From assembly GCF_009914755.1 (NCBI RefSeq), contig NC_060938.1: a stretch of DNA of 64,000 nucleotides. One strand, 5' to 3'. Source of the stretch: the human T2T-CHM13v2.0 reference genome, Homo sapiens. Both the position numbers and the translations under genes were made by a program. Below the pieces are notes generated by a model. That model ran no database searches, was not told the origin of the DNA, and saw nothing but the letters and a program-made list of their open reading frames with translations. Position 1 is the stretch's first letter. Every line of letters begins with the position of its first letter. This document shows, piece after piece, positions 39,851-56,831 of this stretch.

Positions 39851-42800
39851 AAAAGATTGCTCGAGAAAACCCCTCTGGTCTCTACTCCCACATCTCTGTT
39901 TTCCCTTTTACATCCCATATTTTCAATCCTGGTTAGACATTATTTTTAGAACTTAAAACCTGATGTCCTTCTACTTTGAGTTTTTGTTTATGCTGTCACC
40001 TGCTTGGAACATTTTCCCCCTCCCACCTCTGCACCAATAATTATTATTGTTGCTCAATCATATAGCCTACAACAAAAATATGCCGATAGATTAAGACATT
40101 TTAAAATTTTCTATAACTATAAATCTTTAAATATTACATTTTTCTCATAGAATAAGTTGTCATTACAATGATTAATAAAGTTCAATTGACAAGACAATGG
40201 AATTATTTTGTAGATTTGATTACAATTATTAAACATAAAAAGGGAAATGTTATTATGTAAGCATCCGTAATAAGATAAACTGGGTTATTTTAATCTATTA
40301 TTTTTCTAGGTTCATATGACTTGAATGAATATTAATTACTGATAGAATAACACAGGACTCAGCATCAAGGTTTTTTCTCCCCATTTTTCATTATTGTCTT
40401 TGTTTTTAGATGTAGAACTGAGAAAATGTGTTATCATAAATAAATAGTTTGGAATAGAAGAGTTTGGGGAGACTCAATTCATAGCCCACCTTGGAGTTTC
40501 ACCACAGAAATTAACTTGTAATCTAACATCTAAAAATATTTTTTATGTTTCCTCACTCTTCCACTGGATTAGGTTCCCATTCTTTTTTTTCTAAGCAAAT
40601 AATTGGAAATCATTTAGATTCGCAAAGGGATTAGTTACACAGTTCTTAGTGATTCGTTTTCTTATCACCATTGCTCTGTTAGTTAAAAGTTCTTACACAT
40701 CTAAGTAGAACCTCAGAGACCTGATTTTTTCTTGTAACTGGAAGAAGAGCTATCCTGAAAGGGAGGTAGGAAAGTTCCATCTCAGATAGATTGACTTTAG
40801 GAACATGTAACGATGGAGTCGACTGTCTAGACAGTGAAGTCTGTAGAATTCTTTGGCTGCTCTTACTACCCTGAAAGTCTATACACATCTGCAAAGTACA
40901 TGTAGCCCAGTGTGAAAACTGTTGCTGTACTAACTGTCTCTATAGTCACAGTATGAACTATATTCACCTCTGCATCTCCACGTGGCTGATACAACGTGTG
41001 TTCAGTCATGTTCAATAAATTGAATTCAGATGATTTGCAGATCTAATTATATCATAAGATTCTAACTCTCATTAAAATGTGACATTTTCCTTCCTTGTCA
41101 TTCACATATGAGCCAGAAACGTCTACATTTCCCACAATTTAAAAAAAAATTCAAAAATTTCAGCTTTCAAGGACAAAGTTTTTCTCTAAAAAAAACCCTA
41201 TAAAGAAATTCGATGCCATATTGCTAACCCTTTTTGAGAAAGTGGGAACAAGAAGCTTTGGGCTTTAACAATACCCTAACCTTACCTTTTGAAAATGTGG
41301 CTATTGAAAGAACAGATTAATTAACACTCTAAGAGCTAGGTTATATTCACAAATTATAGAACTCAGTCAAGGTGGCTTCTGGCCAAAATAAGAGTGCTAA
41401 GTTGCTAATTAGCTTTGCCTATTATTTGTAGGAAGGCATTTATTCTGTCTCTGAGAATAAAGTATGTATTAGAGCTACCTCAATTATTAAGAAACTTGAT
41501 ATATTGCAACTAGCCAAAAATAATGACGGAATAATAGAAAAACCTGAATACTTGCATTTTCTAAAACAACTTTAATTTACGTTCTGCCTTTTTTCTATAG
41601 TTACCTTTTTCTATGTCCAAAAACTGAAGGAAGGATATATCACAATACAGGAGTTCTCTCTGTTACGGAATATTTTCCCAGCTACCTTTTCCCCTGCCAA
41701 GCACCCTTTTGTTTATAAAGGCAAAGAAAAAAAAATGATTCCATTCAATTTCTTCTAAACCTGCTACTGTAGTTTTTATAAGATAGAAAAACCAAGGGCA
41801 AAACCATCCAGATTTGCTGCCTGTAGTAGTAGAATTAGCTGAAGTCTCTGGTTCGCTTTGTCTTTATAGATATACCATAAATTTCAGGACTTGCTTTTCT
41901 ATGTCTATATTTCTTTATTGGTGTTCCACAGCTAAAATCGCTGACCCCATTAGATCCTTGTTCCTAAAGTAAACATTGAGCTTTCAGCTTTTCTTTTTTC
42001 TTTTCAATGGCAATTTTTGCCTTGAGGACGCTGGTTTATATTCCCGGAATGACCAGTAGTTGACAGAAAATCCCAAACCATACTATTGACAAATGGATCT
42101 GCAATACTAAGACCAATATATGTCAAGGCTGGTTTCATTTCAGATAAAAGTTGGTCTGAGTGTGAGCCTAAGTGTCACTTAAAATAAATTTCATAAAACC
42201 ATGTACCATTATCTCTACTGAACAGACACAAAACCTAGGACTACAGATACAGTAAGCTAGCCAACAAGGCTATTAAAATGCAGATTTGGGATTGCTGACT
42301 GCACACTCAGTGCCCTTTCTTAACATACCATGCTGTAAACGCACTTTAATTCTAGGGAGAAGCACCCATGGATAGACAAGTACTTAAGAACAGTCGGTAC
42401 CCAATGCAAGGCCAGAGACACTTCCTTTCTCTTCCTAGTACAGAAACACACACCAATGAAAGTTCAGAATTGCTAGTGGATATACAATTAACCAAGCATT
42501 GACTTATTCATTACCAATCATAAATGAGTGCTATTTAAGCACCTAAAGAAATGGCAATTATTTACATTTGAGTTGAGGTGACTATAGGTAACAAACTATC
42601 CAAACATTTTTAAAATGTTTGTTCTTTAGGACCCTCAGAGACTATAATAAAAAAGGAACACGTTTATATAGATAAATAATATGTTATGTTTGTACAAATA
42701 AATAAACAGTATTTTATACCATAATAACATGTTAAAGTATCCTACAAATAACTAAAAGTTGAAATACTCAAATGAATTATAAAATCCCTCAAGTATCCTC

Positions 42801-43096
42801 TGCTCACCTCCCTCTCAACCTCCATTTCCACTTCTCTGTAGCCTCCTGCAGCCCTGCTGGTCACTCCAATGTCAACATACACAAAAGCAGAAAATTATTC
42901 AACACAAGAGGCAGCTGAATCTTGAAATAACAAAACATCTAATAGCAACTTTCTCACCGAATAAAAAAAATATATTACAAAACTCTTTTCTTCTCTCTAT
43001 TTCTCTGCTCAGGGACTTCCTCACTTCTTGCCTTCCCTTAATGGCAAAATTCCTTCTAGTTAGGGCCTGCATCCACTGTCTCCATGTCTCTCCTTC

Positions 43097-43451
43097 TGTA
43101 TTAGTGTGTTCTCAGGCTGCTAATAAAGACATGCCTGGGACTGGGTAATCTATTAAGGAAAGAGATTTAATGAACTCAAAGTTCCACATGGATGGGGAGG
43201 CCTCACAATCATGGTGGAAAGAGAAGGGGAAGCAAGACACGTCTTACATGGCAACAGGCAAGAGAGCTTGTGCAGGGAAACTCCCATTTATAAAACCATC
43301 ACATCTCATGAGACTTATCTGCTATCACAAGAACACTATGGGGAAAACTGGCCCCATGATTCAGTTATCTCCACCTGACCCCACTCTTGACATGTGGGGA
43401 TTATTACAATTCAAGGTGAGACTTAGGTGAGGACACAGCCAAACCATATCA
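43097..43451 (-). mobile_element. THE1 solo LTR
   Basis: tgtattagtg...ccaaaccatatca; TSD ccttc/ctttc. Confidence 0.92.
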
Positions 43452-43545
43452 CTTTCCCTTCTTGCTTGAAGTCACTAAAGTCAGGTTCTCTCCAGCAGAA
43501 CTCCATGACAAGAACATTATTGTTTTCAAGTTCATCAGTGACCTT

Positions 43546-43916
43546 TGTCATGGACAGAATTATGTCCCTCTCAAATTCACATGTCGAAGCCCTAACCCTC
43601 AACGTGACTGTTTGGAGATAGGACCTTTTCAGAGGTAATTAAGGTTAAATGAGATCATAGGGTTGGATTCTAATCCAATATGACTGGTGTCCTTATAAGA
43701 AAGACAAAAAGCTGGGATACACTTGCACAGAGAAAGGGCCATGTGAGAACACAGTAAGAAGGCATTGTCTGCAAACCACAGAGAGAGACTTCAGGAGAAA
43801 CCAACCCTGCCAGCCTCTTGAACTTTCAGCCTCTAGAACTGTAGGAAAATAAATCTGTGTTGTTTAAGCCACCCAGTCATTTAATTTTGTTATGGCAGCC
43901 TTAGCAGACTAATACA
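43546..43916 (+). mobile_element. MLT1A/B solo LTR
   Basis: tgtcatggacagaattatgtccc...gactaataca; TSD acctt/acctc. Confidence 0.88.
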
Positions 43917-44490
43917 ACCTCCACATTACCAAATTCAATGATAGGTTTTTTCATCGTCCAGTTTTACTTTACCTATCAGCAGTATCTGATACAGTTGAAC
44001 ATTCACTCAGGATACCACAACTAATTAGTTCTTCTCTTATTCTCCTACCCACTCTTTCTCATCTCCTTTTTCCACTCCTTTTCAATTATCTACTTCTAAA
44101 TGTTAGTAGGCTTCAGTCAGTGAACTCATCCTCTTTACTAATTATGCTTTGTCCCTAGGTGATCTCATCTGATTCCTGGCTTTAGTTACCACTTGTATGC
44201 TGATGACTATCAAATTTATGTCTCCTACCTGAAACTGTCTTCTGATCTCCAGACCAAAATATCCAACTTTCTGCAAAACACTGACACTTGGATGTCTATC
44301 AGATATCTCAGAATTAACATATTGTAAACTAAAAATTTGCCATCACCTCCAACTCACCTATGCCTCCTACAGGTTTTAAATCTCAGTTAATAAAATCTCA
44401 ATTTTGCTCCAGGCAAAACAATTGTGTTTTACTCACATCCAGATCCTGTCTAGCAGCAAATCTGTTGGCTGTGCCTTCAAATATATCATG
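43917..44490 (+). mobile_element. L2 ORF2 fragment (host of the two LTRs; starts near 43000)
   Basis: acctatcagcagtatctgatacagttga resembles the L2 RT motif DLSAAFDTVD; tatgctgatgact resembles YADD. Confidence 0.75.
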
Positions 44491-44579
44491 GAACTCATTT
44501 ACAAAAAATGAAGGTAAATTTAGTTAGGAAGGAACAAACAACCCATTAATTACGCCACACACAGTTTAGGTTACCCATA

Positions 44580-44928
44580 TGCAATGGTTTGAGTGTGTCT
44601 CCTAAAGTTCATATGTTGGAAACTTAATTCTCAATGCAATAGTGTTGGGAAGTGGGGCCTAATGGGATATGTTTATGTCATAAGGACTCCACCCTCATAA
44701 ATGGGTTAATGCCAAAGGACTTGAGGCTGTGAGTTCACTCTCTTGTCTTCTATCACCCTGTTATACCCTTCTGCCATGGGATGATGCAGCAAGCAGGCCC
44801 TCAATGGATGCCAGCACCTTGATCTTGGACTTCCAAGCCTCCAGAACTGTGAGGAAATAAATTTCAGTTGTTTATAAGTCACTCAGTTTCAGGTATTCTG
44901 TTACAACAGCACAAAATGACCTAAGACA
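44580..44928 (+). mobile_element. MSTC/D-like solo LTR
   Basis: tgcaatggtttgagtgtgtc...ctaagaca; TSD ccata/ccatc. Confidence 0.88.
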
Positions 44929-47416
44929 CCATCCATATAAGCCTCCCTTTCTAAAGGGGCATCTCCAGCCACACAACATTAAAGAATTGGCTTAGAAAGG
45001 CATGTTTTATTCCATATGATGATGGTTCTGGGCCTAACCGACGGGACCAGGAATGAGCCACAACAGAAGGACACTGAAATACACAGTCCTGTAAACTAAT
45101 CTATCGTCTTTATAACCTCATCCAAAGAAGCGAGGTGAGACAGTAAGAGTCCTCTATCCAGCATTTGGTTTTGGAATGCTGAGAGATTGAGCCCCTGGAC
45201 AGGCTTAGGACAGAGAATGATCCAGGAATGGCAATGAAGGACCATGTGGACAGCAAAGATAAGAAGGAGGAGCAGCGGGGAACAAAATGAATGCAGATGA
45301 AGTTAGTTTATAGAGGAACAAAACTGGAGCAAGAAAAGAGCATAAAAGCTGTGATAATAAATCAGTCTCAAGAGAAGACTTGCTTCCTAAACATACAAAT
45401 ATGTCTGTAAACCACAGTTTTAAGGTAACTTGAATAGATTCTTATTTTTTCCTTGCAAACAAGCTAGTCTAACAAATTCACCAGCTAAGTGCACTGGGAG
45501 GTTATATTTATATTAACGATATAAAAAATGTATCTTACTCAAGCATTTGAGCAAATGTTTGTGAAGTCAGGTGTGTTTGCCTAAGGGTATCAACAAACAC
45601 AAATGTACAGAATCACAGTTAAACAACTAAATGTTCAGGGCAATTGCAGACAACAGTGTCTCTCTGAATGGCATTTTGTTAAAACAAATACATTTAATGA
45701 GCTGCTTGCAAATAATTTTTGTCCCTGTGAAAATCTAGTGAAGCTTAGAACTGTATAGCCATAATTTAAATTCACCTGACAGAGGTAGGTGTAGCAAAGG
45801 TACAGTCTTTCATTTCATTCTTTATTTTCAAATATATGAAGCTAAAGATCAACCATAACAAGAAAAGATGGAGGGTGATCACTTCTAAGGGGATAGAAGG
45901 CACATTTTGATTTGGTGATGCTGATTTTGTGGCATCTATTGTGTGAAGGTGACAGAGAGGAATAGACCCCAGAGACATTAATCACACAAAATCTGTCACT
46001 AAGGAGGGACACAACCAACAATTTTACCATCAAAATGCAATCCATAATCAGGAGAAAAGGGAATTGCTTCGCTGTGTGATTCCAACCCTGATAACTAATT
46101 ACTTAGATGCCAACTCCTAAATAGTGGAGCCAAGACAGACAAAGGGTCTATTTTCTCCCTTGGCAACAAAAGCGTTTATCAATGAACCATATTCATTTCT
46201 TTAAAAAAATTTTTTTTTGGTTTAAGTTTCGAAATAAATCATTCTTAAAACTCTGATAACTAAAATCCCTCATCTTCAGTATGAATCTACAAGTAGAAAA
46301 TCTTAGAAATGTGAACAGTATCATTTATTCCATATATCTTTAAAACAGCATGATATGCTGCTTGGAAAATTCTAAACGTTTGTTGTTACCTTGAGTTAAA
46401 ATTTCACTAAACATTAAACCAGAAGAAAGAAGCTTTATGTAAAGGCCAGACTGGTACATATTTTTGTGTACACATGGTTTACATTTCCTGTTGAGAGTTA
46501 ACAAAGGAAGTAAAATATGCAAAAGAAAGAAAAAAAATAGTGGTCTTTGGCCTTCAGATTTCAAATCCATTAAAAGATAGGTTTTAGAGAGGTGGTTGCT
46601 TTATCTGAATTGTTTTTCTTTTTTTTTTTTTTCTATTCCTATCCTAGTTATTAACCAAATTAGAGTTATTACCCAAAGAATAGAGGTCCTAGAATCAGGC
46701 TCAGGGGGAATTCAAGGGCAGCAGCTTTTGTGTATGAATTTGTGCTATTCTGTTTAAAGAAAGCCATTTAGGCTTTCAATAACTTTATTTTCATCAATGT
46801 TTTAGGGGGAGCAACAAAAAAAGAATGAATATCGTGTGTCCATGAGGGAGTGTGAGGGTGGGTTACTTGGTATCTGAGTGGTCTAAAGACAAAACTGGAA
46901 AAGGAATTGGTGGAATTTCTATTCAGTGATGTGTTGAGAAATGTTAAACCTAGTGGGATGTTGTAGTATCTAGGTGATACAACGCAAAGCATTATCTGGC
47001 AGGTCTGCAAATCAGTCGCAGTGAGCAATCAGTTGCAGGTTAAAAGTAACTACCCCCATAATTACCCCACACGTTTTCTGTGATTTCCAGTAGAAAACTA
47101 AGTCCCCATGCTCTCTAGATCTTATACGAAACTAAAACCTCTTTACTCAGAAATGTTAGTAATTTCTCACTGAAAGCAAATTAATTCAGCCCTTTTTGGC
47201 ATCAACCACTACATTTTTATTGGCTACTTACCATGTGACTAACTTGTACAGTGCCTTCTGGGTATTCCATGTTTATAACACATATTTCCTGCCGTCAAAG
47301 AGACCTGCAATCTACAAGTCTGTGTTGGAAGCAGATCTAACACATAAGAAATAACAAAGTTGGAGGGAGGAAAGGCATAGAATGGCACAAATTGTCTGAC
47401 TTAAAAAGCAAAAGAA

Positions 47417-48180
<764 letters not shown>

Positions 48181-48864
48181 CTATGTTTCAGAGCTAGTAA
48201 GTGTTCATAGTAAGTGTTAGCCAGTTTTTCTTGATATGCCACCTTCTGCAAATGTCTCTAATAATTAGTTTAATTTTCGTGACCTGGTTATGTTGCTTAG
48301 GGTGACTAAACTCCACCTTTGAATCCTTCTTTATTGCTCCATTCTCTGTTTCCAAGAGGCCACTCACTACCAAAGGTGCCAATGAAATCTTTTCTATGGT
48401 TTAAAGTAAATATTTGATTAAGAGTTTCCTTTTCTTCACAGTATAATACATGATGAAATATTTGAATTGATTTTTTTAAAGTATATCTATATCATCTTTA
48501 CTTGTCAGAATGCGGCAGCTTTAAATTATTTTTATAGTGTTTTATGTAAATTTGGCACTTGGGTACACAAGCATCATTTGTGTTCTAAAATGTATGCAGA
48601 CAGCATTTGGGTATATTATGCCAGTTTATTTATCGAGAATACTATAGCATTCATACTTTGATGTTAGTGGGCTCTGTAAAACACTGTACTAAGTGGCCAT
48701 TTCTACAAAATATTTTTTAATCCATTTATTTGTTTCCACAAAATGTTGGAAGCAGAGTTCTATGCTGGGAATCAGGAGTCTTAAGTCTTTCTCTCTGCTA
48801 TATTGCTAAGCTGTGTTCTGAACTTGGGTCTCACCAAAATCTTCAATGATTTCCCATTTCCTAA

Positions 48865-49090
48865 TAACAATAGCAACAATAACAATAAAAGTTAACGTTT
48901 ATTGAATGCTTTATTATACACCAGGTGCTACATGTCTTAACTCATTTAATCTTCACTCTTCTCTAATGCAGTAGGCGCTGTCACAATCTCCATTCACTAT
49001 TAGGAAACAAGCCCAGAGAGCGAAGAATCCCCTAGCTAATAAGTCACAGAGCGAGTAATATGCACAGCCTTACTCCAGAATTCACACTTT
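48865..49090 (-). mobile_element. MIR
   Basis: aacgtttattgaatgcttt...ctcatttaatcttcac. Confidence 0.7.
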
Positions 49091-49369
49091 CATCTGGGTT
49101 ACCTTTGAAAGCTAAACTCTCTAACATTCCATTTATATCTTTCCACCATGTATTTTATCCTTATTCTTCAACATCTTTCCTCGACTATCTTTCATTCCAA
49201 ACAAATTAAACTCTTCCATTGCCAATTTATCTTCTAATCTTTGCAGGCTGTGGATTTTTACTTAGGTTTGTTCTTCTGTCTGGAATGTTCTTTGCCCATC
49301 TTTACCTTTCCAAAGTCCTACCTACCCCTTAAGAACTAGTAATTACTAACAACAACAAAAAAGAACAAG

Positions 49370-50910
<1,541 letters not shown>

Positions 50911-51647
50911 AATGATTTGGTAACATTAAAATGATAATGATAACATTTGTAGCACAATACCATTCACGTAAGGATAACACACACATCAACAACAGCACGA
51001 CATCAATTTATTTTGCAAAACTACATATATATTTAATGACATATACCCAACACACCATAGTAAATGTCTACAGGATAAAACAATGGGAAGGGAGGTTCAG
51101 CATGGAGGGAGAAAACTAAAGGTATGTAAGTAGGAGAGATACTTTGCTTGAACTTGCAATAATAATTTGACATAAATGGAAAAGTATGATTATCTCAAAT
51201 CTCTGCACCTGAAGGTCAAGAGGAAAAACAGAAAATATACTTTAGATTCAGATAAATACACCTAGACTGGTGCAATGAGGAACCCCTGGGAGGGTGCTGG
51301 GAGAGCTCATAGGTCTGAGGAGAGAAACAGGGAAGAGCTTTGCCTTCTATTCATTGCAACCATATGGAGTCCCACCTTCTCTCTTTCACTCTGACGATGT
51401 GATGGTTTTGGCTAAAAGCACATTCTTATTTGGAGAACAAAGAAATGGAACTAAGAGAATCCATAAGGCACATGGAGGAATCGTTGAAAGAATGGCTGCT
51501 TTGGTATCAGAGTAAAGCTCTGCCCAGCTCTAGACAGGCCATGTGACTTTGAGTGAGTTATTAATTCCTGTTTTATAAGCCTTGGTTTCTTTATCTGTCA
51601 ATAGAGGCAATAGCACGTACAGTGTGGCATTGTTACAATGCGATAAT

Positions 51648-52785
51648 TTATTCATTTCATTCTACAAGTATTTATTGTCTCTCTCATATTCTACTATTCT
51701 CAGGGCCAGAATACAGCATGAGCAAAACAAGTTAAAAAAAAAAATGCCTAGCTCTTAGGGATTATAGCTGGCAGTGGGGAGGGACTACAATAAATAAGGT
51801 AAGTAAAATGTCCAGAATGGCAGATGGTGATAAATTTAGGTGAAACAGAAAAGAAGGAAAGGAGAAAGGAGGACGGGAAGTGCCCAGAAGTAGGGCCATT
51901 CTTTTTTAAATAGGATTTTTGGGAAAAACCTTGTTGAGAAGTTTAAACATAGATCTGGAAAAGTTAGTGAGTAGGCCATGCAGATAACAGGGAGAAGGGC
52001 AATCAATTTTGGTGACCATGAGGGAGAAGCTGTGTTGCAGAGGAATGAGGACTCAGTATAAGTGGAGGTCAGGGGGCAAAGGAAAAGGCAGCAAGGGTGA
52101 GGGGAAAGAGCTCAGCATCCACATCACAAGGGTTTTGTGGACCATTGTAATGACTTTTGACCTCTGCTCTGAGACAGGAAGCCCTTGAAGGCATCTAAAT
52201 ATGGAGGTCACAGGACTTACCTTACTTGAAAAGTGAACTTGCTGGTGACTGTGTTGAGCTAGACTGCAGAAAAGCAAAGTAGAAGAAAGAAACAAGCTAG
52301 GCTGGGCACAGAGACTCACGCCTATAATCCCAGCATTTAGGGAAGCCAAGGCAGGAGGATCGCTTGAGCTCATGAGTTCCAGACCAGACTGAGCAACGAA
52401 GTGAGACCTTGTCTCTACAAAAAAAAAAAAAAAAAAAAAAAAAAAACCACAATGTTTTAATTAGCTGGACATAATGATGTATGCCTGTAGTCCCAGCTAC
52501 CCAGCAGGCTGAGGCAGGAGGATCGGTTGAGCCCAGGAGTCGGGGTTGCTCTGAGCCATGATCATACCACTGCACTCCAGCCTGGGTGACAAAGTGAGAC
52601 CCGGTCTCAAAAAAAGAAAAAAAAAAAAAAAAAGCAGACGCTAGGAGGCATTTGCAGTGATCTCATCAAGAGATGATAGTGGCTTTACCAGACCAGACTT
52701 GTAGAGCAGAGATAGAGAGTGAGAATCTGGGTCTGTTTTGAATAGGCTGACAGATTTACATGCAGAGTGTGAAAGAAAAAGAGAT
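51648..52785 (-). mobile_element. L2 3' region interrupted by an Alu
   Basis: ttcatttcattctacaagtatttattg; ggaggcatttgcagtgatc...gagatgatagtggc. Confidence 0.7.
52299..52633 (+). mobile_element. AluJ with expanded central polyA
   Basis: ggaggatcgcttgagc in the left arm; long A run 52419-52446. Confidence 0.93.
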
Positions 52786-52844
52786 ACCTGGATAAGTGCA
52801 CATAAGCCACCAGGCGTGACACTTGGAATCCAGAAGTCACCTTC

Positions 52845-53045
52845 TAAAGCAGTCACCTCAAATATTAGTTTATACCAGAACTCCCTGGAGGGACCCTGTT
52901 ACAACGCAGACTGCTGGTATCTGTGCTCAGAGATTTTCATTCAGTACCTCCAGGATGAGCCGTCTCCGGAATCTGCACTTTTGACAGGCATGTTGGGTAA
53001 TTCTGGCACACATGGTCTACAGAACCACCCTCACAGAAACACTGA
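52845..53045. mobile_element. MER5-like element
   Basis: ccagaactccctggagggac...gaatctgcacttttgacagg...agaaacactg. Confidence 0.65.
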
Positions 53046-53574
53046 TCTCTACACAGGGGTTGATGTTTTCAAAATTATATGCAATCATGAAAGAAATGAA
53101 ATTAAACTAGAAAAAGCTAATGAAAATCCTGAGAAAATTATTGCATTTTAATTCTAAGATGGGAAAAATATACAGAATAAGTGAAATTTATCCCAAAATG
53201 TAATAAGTGTGGAGGTAGGTGTAACTATGGTTAATGCTTTCTTCTTCCAGTGACTATAAAAGTCAAGATGACTGAGTGTACCTGTGAAGATATACTTGAT
53301 TGCCTTTATATGTGGGATTAATGAGCTATATAAAAATTGAGGTAAAAGCAGAAATGAGAGGAAGGGGATGGACTCTATGACTATTCTTTCACCATTATTT
53401 TGTGTTGGGATTAAAATTAAACACCTGTACATTGGCCGGAGCAAAATCAGAGGAAATGAAAAGTGCAAACCACTGATCTTCACCTCTCAGCCTGAACTTA
53501 AAGAGTCAAGTTAGAGGATTAGAAAACATTGTAAAGCCTTCCTTTTTTACCTTGAGTATTATCTTTCTTTTAAA

Positions 53575-53868
53575 AGTGCAGTGACTCACGCCTCTAATCC
53601 CAGCACTTTGGGAGGCCAAGGCAGGCGAATCACCTGAAGTCAGGAGTTTGAGACCAGCCTGGCCAACATGGCAAAACCCATCTCTACTAAAAATACAAAA
53701 ATTAGCTGAGCATCGTTGGGGACACCTATAATCCCAGCTACTCAGGAGGCTGAGGCAGGAGAATTGCTTGAATATGGGAGGCCGAGGTTGCAGTGAGCCA
53801 AGATCACTCCAGTTCACTCCAGCCTGGACGACAGAGCAAGACTCCGTCTCCAAAAAACAAAACAAAAT
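53575..53868 (+). mobile_element. AluS
   Basis: direct similarity to the Alu consensus. Confidence 0.95.
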
Positions 53869-55147
53869 TGCAAACTACTTAAAGTGCCTCAGCCAAGGTT
53901 TCTGCTTTTGTAGATTGAAGGCCCTCCAATGCATCCTAAATTAGGATTCTTTTTTGGTCCAAAATAGCATGTCATGCTAAACAAAGATAAGTGACAAAGT
54001 GTAGGTTGTAATTTTAATTAAATATCAGACTCACATGCAGAAGTTCCCTGCATACACAAATTCCCCCTAAATTAGCTACTTTTCTTCAAAACATGAAGCC
54101 TAGTGAGAGAGCTTGCTCTCCAATTTCAATCTCAGTATTTGAGATGTGAGATTCAGGAAGCCCGGATCATTTAGACGAGGTTCAGATAAAGATCCTAATG
54201 TTTGGATTCTTTTGAACCTCTTTAATTCAACACCTCCATCTAACGTGGGAGTTGGGTGTTTGTGGATAAAGCCTAGAGATTGTTTTAGAGATGGACTATA
54301 TAGATAAACATCAAGGTTGCTGGCAAAGAGTACTTTTCAGTAATTTTTATAACTAAAAATACAAATGGCATCATCATCTTGGCTTGGGAACCCCTAGAAT
54401 ATTATAAACAACCCTGTTATGTAACCAGAAAAATTAAAGGCAGAGAATGCCAAAAGTAGCTTACCCTAACGAATCATCACAAAGTGGTAAGTAACCAGGC
54501 AAAAGGTAGTACAAGCGCAGGAAGGCCAAGCTCAAATGCTTACAGATGACAGACAGTTCAATGTGGACAAATGAAATGTAATTGTGACTTTGATGAGTCT
54601 TCATGCCACAAGACAATGCTTTGTAAGAAATAAAATATGAGATTTTTTTCTGAAGGCATGAAAAAAGTCTCCGGAGACAAATAGCTACGTGTCATTAATG
54701 AAAGAGAAACAGTAAGAAAAAGATAAATCAATGCAGTTAACAAGTGTTAATGGCTCAATTGTGTATTCACTTCACCAAATCTGAAAACTTGAGAGAACAC
54801 AAAACAAAAGACGACTTTGGAATTATAAAATCCTAGAAATGAGTAATAGACTTCAAAGGACTGGAGAATCTTTCAATGCGGGGGGCGGGGTGGGGATTTG
54901 TCCTGCATTCTCTCAGATTTGATAAGCCTAAAATTGGAAAATAATGATGCTTACAAGATTTCCCTAATGACAGCATTTTAGAATATGTTATTTCCTCTTT
55001 CTTTTCTTTTTTTTTTCCCCTTCTCCTTGTCAACTACAATCAATCCTTCAAGAGGCAAATAAGGGCAATTCATATTTATGTTGAATTCAGTGACTATTTG
55101 GTGGTCATAGGACCAAAGCCAGGAAAAGGCAAAGGTTTGATCTAGAA

Positions 55148-55365
55148 TAATGGTTCTTGACCTCCAGAAAATTTTGCTTCCTAGGAGACCTTTGACAATA
55201 TCTAGACACATGTTTGATTATCATGACTGGTGGGGGTGCTACTGGTATCTTGTGCATAGATGCACACAAGGGTGGTGCTAAACATCCTATTATGTTTGGG
55301 GAAGTTTCCCTGTAATAGAGTCATCGAGCTCAAAATGTCAGTAGAACAGAGGCTGAGAAACCCCA
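55148..55365. mobile_element. MER20 hAT-Charlie element
   Basis: tggttcttgacc...tttgacaatatctagacaca...ggtgctactggtatct...gctaaacatcct...gaggctgagaaaccc. Confidence 0.8.
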
Positions 55366-55669
55366 GACTAGACCTTTAAGGAGCCATCAGCTTATGTTCT
55401 TTGAGCAAAATAGAAAGAGAAGAATTCAGAGTATAATGGGAATATATCTGAGGTGGTGATTAGTTTATTTAGGGATGTGGAGTAGACAAGAGAAATACTT
55501 CAGATCTCAAGTGATCTTTGAGCTCCCTGGTTGATAGAGGTGAAGAAAGACTGAAAGCAGAGAGACATAAAAGTGAGTTTGAATGTCAAAGTCTGTTAAA
55601 TAACAATCAGGAAGACATGAGGCTGGGGAGAAGCATGTGACATATTCATTCATAAAGTGTCTACTATAT

Positions 55670-56032
55670 TGTATTAGTCCGTTTTCATGCTGCTGATAAA
55701 GACATACCTGAGACTGAATAATTTATAAAGAAAAATATGTTTAATGAACTCACAGTTCCACATGGCTGGGGAGGCCTCACAATCATGGTGGAAGGCAAAA
55801 GGCATGTCCTTTCATGGCAGCAGACAAGAGAGAATGTGAGCCAACAGAAAGAGGAAACCCCTTATCAAATCATCAGATCTTGTGAGACTTATTCACTACT
55901 ACAAGAACAGTATGGGGGAAACTGCCCCCATGATTCCGCTATCTCCTCCCAGGTCCCTCCCACAACACGTGGGAATTATAGGAGCTACAATTAAAGATGA
56001 GATATGGGTAGGGACACAGCTAAACCGTATCA
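55670..56032 (-). mobile_element. THE1 solo LTR
   Basis: tgtattagtccgttttcatgctgctgataaagacatac...aaccgtatca; TSD tatat/tatgt. Confidence 0.93.
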
Positions 56033-56831
56033 TATGTGCAACTGGTGAAGATGAATTGCAGAGGGAACCTCCAACTTTGAACACTGTGGTCAAGAGGTTG
56101 GACTTAATTCTATAGTTAATGTGAAGCCATTTAGGGTTTTTGAAGCCAGGAACAATATTATCAGCCATATAATTTTAGAAAGATAATCCCGGTGTCAGAA
56201 AATAAAATGAACTGAAAGAAAAAGAAGCTTGAGTAAAGTTGTTGGAGTATTTCCCAAAATGAATTCTCAGACTTGTTATGAAGTGTCATTGGATAAAAGT
56301 CTTCTGTGGTCAAGTAAGTTTGAACAATGCTTAGTTAAACTAAATCCGACTGAGTTCTCTACTATACCACTTCTCAGAATCTTTGCTTAGCTATTTGCAC
56401 ATTGTGACCCTTCACAAGGAGCATGTTGCAAGTATATTTGCCTACAGAAATTGTTCACGGCTTTTACTACAGGAATGTATTCCAAAGAACACTTCGTAAG
56501 AAATGTAAGGTAAGATTTCGGGGGGAAAAATTTGACAGTGGGTTAATCTAAGAGTTATTGGGATGACAGAATTAGCTTTTAGACTTTCAGCTGAGACAAT
56601 GAGCAGACAGTGATACACAGGGAAAATCCTTAAGGATCAAGATGTTCTTGTCACCTCAAGATAGGCCTGGAAGTGGGAAGTAAGGAACTCTAACAAAGTG
56701 TTAGAAGAAGGATGATGCTTAACCTATTTGCCAATACTAACCAATTATTATAGCTGCCTGAAATGATGGGTTGAGAAGGATTCTAAGATTTCACCAGGAA
56801 TCAATGTGAGCTTGCATAAATCTAGTTATAC

